Shown piece by piece: positions 57,730 through 64,000 of a DNA stretch of 64,000 nucleotides. Source of the stretch: a virus. Lineage: Duplodnaviria; Caudoviricetes. The DNA lies in IMG/VR virus record IMGVR_UViG_3300048880_000725, positions 57,519 to 121,518 of that record; one strand, 5' to 3'. Each line of letters opens with the position of its first letter. Position 1 is the first letter of the stretch. The translations under genes were made by a program, and so were the position numbers. The notes under the pieces were generated by a model. That model made no database searches and was not told where the DNA came from. It saw only the letters and a program-made list of their open reading frames with translations.

Positions 57730-58212
57730 ATGATCTCAAGAAAGCTAGCAGAAAGAACATTCGCAATAAAAGGTTCTCCTCTTCCAGATAGAGCTCAGGA
57801 TAGCTATAGTCATCGCAGGGGCAAGAACTCTGTCATTATGGAAGAAGGCGAGGAGTCTGATAAATATGACACATTTTTTGAATATGAAGATGACCTTGCT
57901 AATTTAAAACCTTCGGGCGAGCAGTATGCCGATATGGTAAGTGATGAGCCATATGTTATTCTTGAGGAAAAAGATTCTATTGCAGAAAATATCACAGAAA
58001 GCAGGAGTGATTTTGGCCATATTATCATGGACGAGGCCGAAGAAATTGTTGAAAATGATAAAACAGATAGAACCTATAAAGATGTTGTCGGGTTTGATTT
58101 TATACAATGCACCTTTGTGAAGAAAGATAAAAATAGGTGTAAGAGGCAGGCCCCCAAAGGCCAGGAGATATGCTCTACTCATAGGAAGTATATCGAAAAG
58201 CATAATTGTTGA
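57730..58212 (+). CDS. Acidic protein with C-terminal CCCH-type zinc finger
   Basis: QCTFVKKDKNRCKRQAPKGQEICSTH. Confidence 0.65.
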   Translation: MISRKLAERTFAIKGSPLPDRAQDSYSHRRGKNSVIMEEGEESDKYDTFFEYEDDLANLKPSGEQYADMVSDEPYVILEEKDSIAENITESRSDFGHIIMDEAEEIVENDKTDRTYKDVVGFDFIQCTFVKKDKNRCKRQAPKGQEICSTHRKYIEKHNC

Positions 58213-58224
58213 ATAAATTTATTC

Positions 58225-58231
58225 TATTAAT
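58225..58231 (+). promoter_or_regulatory. TAYTAAT putative late promoter element
   Basis: TATTAAT starting 42 nt before ATG 58267. Confidence 0.45.
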
Positions 58232-58266
58232 TTATTACAATAATTCGAAGTTAACGGGAAGAACAA

Positions 58267-58488
58267 ATGAATCAGTATGAAACATCAGATCTAGCATTAG
58301 CAGCCTACCTAACCTTTAAGGGGCTGAGGCTTATTAGTGCAAAAAAATTGCCATCTGGTCGATTCCAATTTGTTATAGCTGATGATAAGGGAGAGGCTGA
58401 CGCATTATCCCTAGAATATTTTAGCAGTGATTTCTGTAGATTTGACAACCAGGTAAGGTCTCTGAAGAAGCTTTTATACTCTAGTTAA
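58267..58488 (+). CDS. Small DUF5659-like protein
   Basis: YETSDLALAAYL..KG...FQF pattern. Confidence 0.6.
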   Translation: MNQYETSDLALAAYLTFKGLRLISAKKLPSGRFQFVIADDKGEADALSLEYFSSDFCRFDNQVRSLKKLLYSS

Positions 58489-58756
58489 TAAATATGTGTC
58501 AATTTTAGGGGCTAAAAAATAATTTTTTTTCTATTGAAAATTATCAGCTCCTTTGCAGTTCTAGTCTTTTGTTAAAAATAAATCAGTTCAAAGTACTAAT
58601 AAACTAACTAATAGTGACAAAGTTCGGTTATCTCAGTTAATATAAGCTTTCGTTAGGTACGTAATAAACAAATTGCTTATCTAATAGGAGAGCTAATGTT
58701 CATAAGATTTAAGATAACAACAGAACTTCAAACCACATGTTCCAAGGTAACATAGT

Positions 58757-59326
58757 GTGGATCCCAAGCTCATCCATAAACACAGCAAGCTTTATTATAA
58801 AGCTATGTATTTGAATGCGGACCTTGAGGAGACAAATGCAATTTTTGAACATTGCAAGAAGGAGTTCTTTGCTGAGGTGTCAAAGCATAAAAAAAAACCT
58901 GCCGGAATATCCTTGGCTAGAGCAACAGCGAACTTAGAAGAAGATTTGGGAAATATTTTTGATGAAAAAAATAATAAAGCTGATTCAAGTAGTTTGAAAA
59001 CATTATATAGAAAAATTATGTTTAAGGCCCATCCTGATAAACTTACCTTGCTGGAAGATGATGATATAAAAAATATGTATGCTGATATTTGCTCGAAAGC
59101 AATGACGGCCATGGAGACAGAAAGTTGGTATTTGTTATACGAGGCGGCTACAGAGCTTGGGATAAAGGATATAGAGATAAAAGACGAACATATTAAGATT
59201 CTAGAAGACAATTGCAAAAAACTAGAATCTGAAACATCTGAAATAAAAAATACCATTCCTTGGATATGGTTTCATTATGATGACGAAGTAAAAGAAAAAT
59301 GCTTAAAAGAGTATTTAAAAATGTAA
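58757..59326 (+). CDS. J-domain-like protein
   Basis: LKTLYRKIMFKAHPDKL, i.e. helix II plus the HPD motif. Confidence 0.7.
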   Translation: MDPKLIHKHSKLYYKAMYLNADLEETNAIFEHCKKEFFAEVSKHKKKPAGISLARATANLEEDLGNIFDEKNNKADSSSLKTLYRKIMFKAHPDKLTLLEDDDIKNMYADICSKAMTAMETESWYLLYEAATELGIKDIEIKDEHIKILEDNCKKLESETSEIKNTIPWIWFHYDDEVKEKCLKEYLKM

Positions 59327-59341
59327 CGCAAAAATGTGATC

Positions 59342-59348
59342 TATTAAT
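59342..59348 (+). promoter_or_regulatory. TAYTAAT putative late promoter element
   Basis: TATTAAT upstream of a long leader before the fibre gene. Confidence 0.4.
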
Positions 59349-59511
59349 TAGGTCAAGTAAGCTGAAAACAAAGCTTTATTGTAGTGTTTATAAAGCTTTA
59401 CGTTAGATGTAGGTTTCTTAGGTTATATTTCAAACGGCGGCAAGTCAAGGTGACAACCCGCTTAAAGTTTAGTTTGTGAAAATAAACAAAACAAAATTTT
59501 AAGGAGACATT

Positions 59512-62187
59512 ATGTCTGGAACAATTAAACCAAGAACACAATTTCGCCCATTTGCACAGGCGGATGTGGACGAAACCCACTATAAAGAAACTACAGAGGG
59601 AGTATTTAAACAAAGAAGATCAGGAGTTGACGACTCTGTTGCTGCAAACATCTTCGACGATAGGCGAGCTACCGCCGGATTTAAGGATACGGAGAATTCC
59701 TATGGGACGTTAACCGGAGTTGAATTTAAGGCGAACTTCGTCCAAGACGGTCAAGCCGGGTCCGGCACGGGACATGGTCTAACCATAACCCCTGTGCTTA
59801 AAGATGCGGGCGGCAACACCGTCGCGGGCTCAATCGCGGGCTCAAAAAGCATTTTTGATATGATTGTGCATCTAAACGATGATATTGGGGCCCTCACCAC
59901 AGGTGGTGCTGGGCATGCTTCTCAGGTCGAACTTAATGAGACTCAGAGCTCAATGGGTGCGATGATGAATGCCGCCGGCGAGTTCGTCACGGGCGCTTTT
60001 TCTAGTTCAACCTTTCTGGGCAGCGACACTGATTTAACTGAATGCCTGCTGGGCCTGGATGCTGCGGTCAACGCCACCAACGGCGTTGTTAGCACTAATA
60101 CAGGCAATGTTAGCACTAATACAGGCAATATTACAACTATCATGGGCACTGGTTCCGGATCCATTACTAAGGCAGTTGCTGATTTAGTTGCCACAGCGCC
60201 GGCGACTCTTGATACGCTTAATGAACTAGCTGCTGCTTTGGGTGATGACGCGTCCTTTTCCACAACAGTATCAAACAACATTGGAGCTGCCAATACAGCC
60301 GCCTCGAACGCTGCGTCTGCTGCGAATGCTGCACAAACCACTGCTAATACTGCACAGAATAATGCTGATGCCATTGAAACCGCTATCGGCGCGGCCATCT
60401 CAAGTGGTGGAGCCTATGTTGCACACACAGGGTCAAGCATAAATTATATTGCAGGAAACAACAGTATAACCGAAGATCTTCTTGATCTCGATTCCGCTAT
60501 TAAAAATGGCTTGATGAGTGTCTCTATGGAACTCTACCCGAACAAGGATTTTCACGATATAGGTGGAGTCCGAACTGTGGGCCTGACAACTACCGATGGG
60601 ATCACCTTTGAAAGTAACATGGTTCGCTCCCCCAATCTTACAGTAGGTGAGCTTGGGCAGGAGCATTTGTATTTTCCATATGGCTACCAAAAGCTGACGG
60701 ATTACGAGCACGACGGACAGACTTATTCCGGATTGCTGAAATTCCTTGGCGCAAATGGGACTTCGTCGTTTGGCTCGACAATTGATCAGGATGCACGAGA
60801 GCTTATGAAGGGGAAGGTCACGCTTAAGCTGAACGGTATTGAGCAAATTATGGCGAGAAGACAAGGAAATCCAGCGATGGCTGGCGAGGCCTTAATTTCT
60901 GGTGAGAACGCGGGTGATAATGCCCACGACCTCACGTTGCTTTCATATGATTGTGCATCGACGGCCAACGTAGCTTTGACTAACGGATGGACTGACTCGT
61001 CCACCCAAAGAGAAGAGCTGTTCAAGAATCCTTATCTGTTGGACCAAACCCAGCGGAATGCCAAGCCATGGTATGGCGTAGCTTATAGATCTGATGCAAT
61101 ATTTGATCCTAATACCACTGCTGTTAACCTTGCTATAAATAAGCGAATTGGCTCTCAAGCTGTATTGACTGCTATAGGAACCGCTATAGTTACTGCTGTT
61201 GTAAAAGAGGATGCGAATGCCGTGGCAGCGGCAACGGCGGCAGCCGGTGAACTGCTGATCAACGGTGTAAGTATTGGAGCCGTCACCATTTTAAGTAATG
61301 ATTCTGATAGTGCATTGCGTACCGTAATCAACGGTGTATCTGGAGCGACAGGAGTTGCTGCTACAGTAAACAGTTACAATAAGTTGGTGCTTACGGCTGC
61401 TGACGGTCGGAGTATTATCCTCGCGGGTACTGATCCAACCATGTCTGGTGCGCTTGGATTCTCTGCGGGTACGACCCTAGGGACTACTATTGTCAGCTGC
61501 AAGGCGCTCTCTGCCGTTGCAAAGCTCTTCAGAACTAACGTAGCAGTTGGATCTCAAGATCTCATAACTTTGGGAGTGTGGAACAGTGACCTCGCCGCCG
61601 CTAAAGCTGGAGCCCTCGTTGTAAAGACTAAGTGGGCAGATTATGTGGTCGGCTCTCAAGCTGTATTGACTGCCATTAACTCTCTGGGTGGAGGTACTCT
61701 TAGTGCTATCAAGGCTGCTGCTCTAGTAGCTTATGACATCGTCAACAATGGCAGCGGCACTGCCTCCGAGAAAGCTGGTGCGCTTGCCGCTTATAATGCT
61801 GTTAATAATACCTCTGGCCCAGATGCGCAAACTGCTTTGAATAACTGTATAGTGGTACAGCAGTTGTATAATGCCAATGCAGCTGGTTCGCTTGAAGCTT
61901 ACACTTCTGTTGATGCTCTGTCGTCGGGCAACGGCGCGGCTGCACAGGTTGTCGCTCAAGGGATACATGATGGGCATGATGAAGCAACGGTTGGCGCGAC
62001 TGAAGCTGACACCCCTGTTCAGGCCGTTTCGCAGGGATCGGGGAACGCTCTTGACAAGGCTGTTTGCGTCCAGACTGCGACGGTGATTAATTATGACCAA
62101 CAGCGTACTGCCGGTGTTCGCTTTGCAATTGGTCTTCATGCAACCACAGACACGGATGATGGTGATTGGGTTTCTCTTGCCTGGTAA
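59512..62187 (+). CDS. Fibre protein with flagellin hook-IN-like module
   Basis: Tail-fibre motif APATLDTLNELAAALGDD, Asn/Thr/Ala heptads, and INGVSIG...INGVSGATGVAA...LVLTAADGR. Confidence 0.7.
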   Translation: MSGTIKPRTQFRPFAQADVDETHYKETTEGVFKQRRSGVDDSVAANIFDDRRATAGFKDTENSYGTLTGVEFKANFVQDGQAGSGTGHGLTITPVLKDAGGNTVAGSIAGSKSIFDMIVHLNDDIGALTTGGAGHASQVELNETQSSMGAMMNAAGEFVTGAFSSSTFLGSDTDLTECLLGLDAAVNATNGVVSTNTGNVSTNTGNITTIMGTGSGSITKAVADLVATAPATLDTLNELAAALGDDASFSTTVSNNIGAANTAASNAASAANAAQTTANTAQNNADAIETAIGAAISSGGAYVAHTGSSINYIAGNNSITEDLLDLDSAIKNGLMSVSMELYPNKDFHDIGGVRTVGLTTTDGITFESNMVRSPNLTVGELGQEHLYFPYGYQKLTDYEHDGQTYSGLLKFLGANGTSSFGSTIDQDARELMKGKVTLKLNGIEQIMARRQGNPAMAGEALISGENAGDNAHDLTLLSYDCASTANVALTNGWTDSSTQREELFKNPYLLDQTQRNAKPWYGVAYRSDAIFDPNTTAVNLAINKRIGSQAVLTAIGTAIVTAVVKEDANAVAAATAAAGELLINGVSIGAVTILSNDSDSALRTVINGVSGATGVAATVNSYNKLVLTAADGRSIILAGTDPTMSGALGFSAGTTLGTTIVSCKALSAVAKLFRTNVAVGSQDLITLGVWNSDLAAAKAGALVVKTKWADYVVGSQAVLTAINSLGGGTLSAIKAAALVAYDIVNNGSGTASEKAGALAAYNAVNNTSGPDAQTALNNCIVVQQLYNANAAGSLEAYTSVDALSSGNGAAAQVVAQGIHDGHDEATVGATEADTPVQAVSQGSGNALDKAVCVQTATVINYDQQRTAGVRFAIGLHATTDTDDGDWVSLAW

Positions 62188-62227
62188 AATAGTTTAATAA
62201 TTGATTTTAATAATCGCTGATTAACCG

Positions 62228-62258
62228 AGGGGCGGGGACTTAGTCCCCGCCCCTTTTT
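62228..62258 (+). terminator. Intrinsic terminator
   Basis: AGGGGCGGGGAC-tta-GTCCCCGCCCCT then a T-tract; followed by TATTAAT at 62261. Confidence 0.9.
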
Positions 62259-62315
62259 ATTATTAATATGCTAATTTTTAGAATATAAATGAAATAATTT
62301 TTCAAAGGAGCAAAC

Positions 62316-62612
62316 ATGAGCTTAGAAGACAAAGTAGAGAAACTAGAGAAGGTTACAGGCCTTTTCGATGAGTTTGTAGAGAACCTAGTTGCAGTAAAGA
62401 CAGATATGGGCTTGCAAAGTCAATACGCAGAAGGATATGCAGCTTGTCTGGCAGACATTCTTAGTGCCTTAGCTGAGGGGAGGAACTCTGGAGCAATAGG
62501 GGCAATTAAAATGAAAATAGAGATGGACTCAAAGAGAGAAACTTTGGACGAATTATTTGAAGGATTATCTACTCTCCGGGGTGCTTACAAAGACCTATTA
62601 AGTAAGGACTAA
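62316..62612 (+). CDS. Hypothetical protein
   Basis: AAGGAG SD. Confidence 0.65.
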   Translation: MSLEDKVEKLEKVTGLFDEFVENLVAVKTDMGLQSQYAEGYAACLADILSALAEGRNSGAIGAIKMKIEMDSKRETLDELFEGLSTLRGAYKDLLSKD

Positions 62613-62613
62613 T

Positions 62614-62931
62614 ATGTCAGTGCGATTAGTTAGACCCAGAGGAGATGTTTGCCGAGAAAGGGCAGCTGTTGTCGCTGAAAAAAAGTATAAAATTCTTATT
62701 TCGGAAAAAAGAGAAGAGTATGCTGCGAAGAGAGATATTAAGATAATGCAACAAATAATAAAGCTTTCTAAAGAAAAACTAAAATATGAAGAAAAGGTAT
62801 GGAAGCATTGTGTAGATAATTATGTGGAAGCAGCTGACTCTATCTCTAGGACTATATCTGAAGAAAAAAGAAAGAAATTTGGCTTAAAAGAATTTTCAGA
62901 TTATATGATAAAACATCTTTCTGAGATTTAA
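62614..62931 (+). CDS. Basic hypothetical protein
   Basis: Coupled to the previous gene. Confidence 0.6.
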   Translation: MSVRLVRPRGDVCRERAAVVAEKKYKILISEKREEYAAKRDIKIMQQIIKLSKEKLKYEEKVWKHCVDNYVEAADSISRTISEEKRKKFGLKEFSDYMIKHLSEI

Positions 62932-62940
62932 GGAGAAGAC

Positions 62941-64000
62941 GTGGCAACTGGCACCATTCATAGATTTCCAAAGAAGGACGAAGATGGTTCGATAGAAGGA
63001 GCTAGGCTTGTCAAAGATTCTGATGGAAAAATAGAGGAAATCACTGAGATTATATTTTCCTCTGACTCTCCAACAATTACGGCTAATTTCACAGAAGAAA
63101 TAAACAATCTTATAGCAAACGGAGATATAGACACTTCTGGAGAAGAAGGTCCCGCTGGCCCTGCCGGACCTGCTGGTGCCCAAGGTGTCGCTGGGCCTAC
63201 AGGCGCACAGGGGGCCCAGGGAGAACAGGGGCCTGTCGGAGCAGACGGACCTGCTGGAGGTCCCCAAGGCCCCGCTGGTGCAGACGGAGCAGATGGTGCT
63301 GCTGGTGCTCAGGGCATCCAAGGCGTTGCTGGTGCAGACGGAGCAGACGGAGCAGATGGTGCTGCTGGTGCTCAGGGCATCCAAGGCGTTGCTGGTGCAG
63401 ACGGAGCAGACGGAGCAGACGGAGCAGACGGAGCAGACGGTGCTGCTGGTGCTCAGGGCATCCAAGGCGTTGCTGGTGCAGATGGAGCAGACGGTGCTGC
63501 TGGTGCTCAGGGCATCCAAGGCGTTGCTGGTGCAGACGGAGCAGACGGTGCTGCTGGTGCTCAGGGCATCCAAGGCGTTGCTGGTGCAGACGGAGCAGAC
63601 GGTGCTGCTGGTGCTGCTGGTGCTCAGGGCATCCAAGGCGTTGCTGGAGCAGACGGAGCAGACGGAGCTCAGGGCATCCAAGGCGTTGCTGGTGCAGACG
63701 GAGCAGACGGAGCAGACGGTGCTCAGGGCATCCAAGGCGTTGCTGGTGCAGATGGAGCAGACGGTGCAGATGGTGCTGCTGGTGCTCAGGGCATCCAAGG
63801 CGTTGCTGGTGCAGATGGAGCAGACGGTGCAGATGGTGCTGCTGGTGCTCAGGGTATCCAAGGCGTTGCTGGTGCAGATGGTGCTGCTGGTGCAGACGGA
63901 GCACAAGGGCCTCAGGGTATCCAAGGCGTTGCTGGTGCAGATGGTGCTGCTGGTGCAGACGGAGCACAAGGGCCTCAGGGTATCCAAGGCGTTGCTGGTG
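62941..64000 (+). CDS. Collagen-like (Gly-X-Y) fibre protein, 3'-truncated; not in the ORF track
   Basis: GTG start after AGGAG; 66-aa N-terminal domain, then Gly-X-Y ([15 protein letters not shown]) from 63139 to the window end. Confidence 0.88.
   Translation, partial: MATGTIHRFPKKDEDGSIEGARLVKDSDGKIEEITEIIFSSDSPTITANFTEEINNLIANGDIDTSGEEGPAGPAGPAGAQGVAGPTGAQGAQGEQGPVGADGPAGGPQGPAGADGADGAAGAQGIQGVAGADGADGADGAAGAQGIQGVAGADGADGADGADGADGAAGAQGIQGVAGADGADGAAGAQGIQGVAGADGADGAAGAQGIQGVAGADGADGAAGAAGAQGIQGVAGADGADGAQGIQGVAGADGADGADGAQGIQGVAGADGADGADGAAGAQGIQGVAGADGADGADGAAGAQGIQGVAGADGAAGADGAQGPQGIQGVAGADGAAGADGAQGPQGIQGVAG

Larger units (their letters stand above)
1..64000 (+). mobile_element. Segment of a large tailed dsDNA phage genome
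   Basis: Terminase, portal, prohead protease, HK97-fold capsid and fibre genes occur with phage-type replication genes; dense single-strand coding; no rRNA or ribosomal protein genes. Confidence 0.95.

Noticed and set aside
227-62139. The many short minus-strand and alternate-frame ORFs in the track
   Set aside because: They lie almost entirely within longer + strand genes and show no recognisable motifs
62896-63987. Long minus-strand ORFs (363 aa Cys/Ser/Thr-rich and 256 aa His/Gln/Leu-rich)
   Set aside because: They are shadow frames of the + strand collagen repeat, which has its own SD and start
1-64000. Stop-codon reassignment
   Set aside because: TAA, TAG and TGA all end genes at tight gene junctions, and conserved genes are uninterrupted in code 11
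1-64000. tRNA genes, introns or inteins
   Set aside because: No cloverleaf seen in the short intergenic gaps; dnaE, recA and terL are of normal length. A tRNAscan-SE run would confirm

Overview
The whole window is a segment of a large tailed dsDNA bacteriophage (Caudoviricetes, probably jumbo-size). All credible genes are on the + strand in the standard genetic code. About 1.7-29.1 kb is a replication/recombination/transcription block: FtsK-like ATPase, stand-alone CHC2 primase zinc finger, SbcD/SbcC, Cas4/AddB-like nuclease, sigma-70-like factor, a 2333-aa unknown protein, DnaE, SSB, RuvC, GroEL, RecA, a zinc-finger-less DnaG core and an HTH protein. About 29.2-57.6 kb is a head morphogenesis block: many unknown putative internal head proteins, a CCA/poly(A)-type nucleotidyltransferase, GpA-like terminase, portal, a DUF192 fusion, prohead protease-scaffold, two paralogous decoration-like proteins and an HK97-fold major capsid protein. 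The end encodes a J-domain protein, a fibre protein with a flagellin-like insert and a collagen-like fibre. The most interesting signal is an inferred head-cargo 'address and processing' code: a repeated helix-hairpin motif (A-x-x-L-D-x-x-G-x-x-x-x-A-x-x-L/I-D) in otherwise unrelated proteins, and pervasive K-x-A/S sites that resemble protease cleavage sites. A TAYTAAT motif, probably a late promoter, sits upstream of structural genes. All calls come from reading motifs by eye, no database searches were run, and novelty is unverified.
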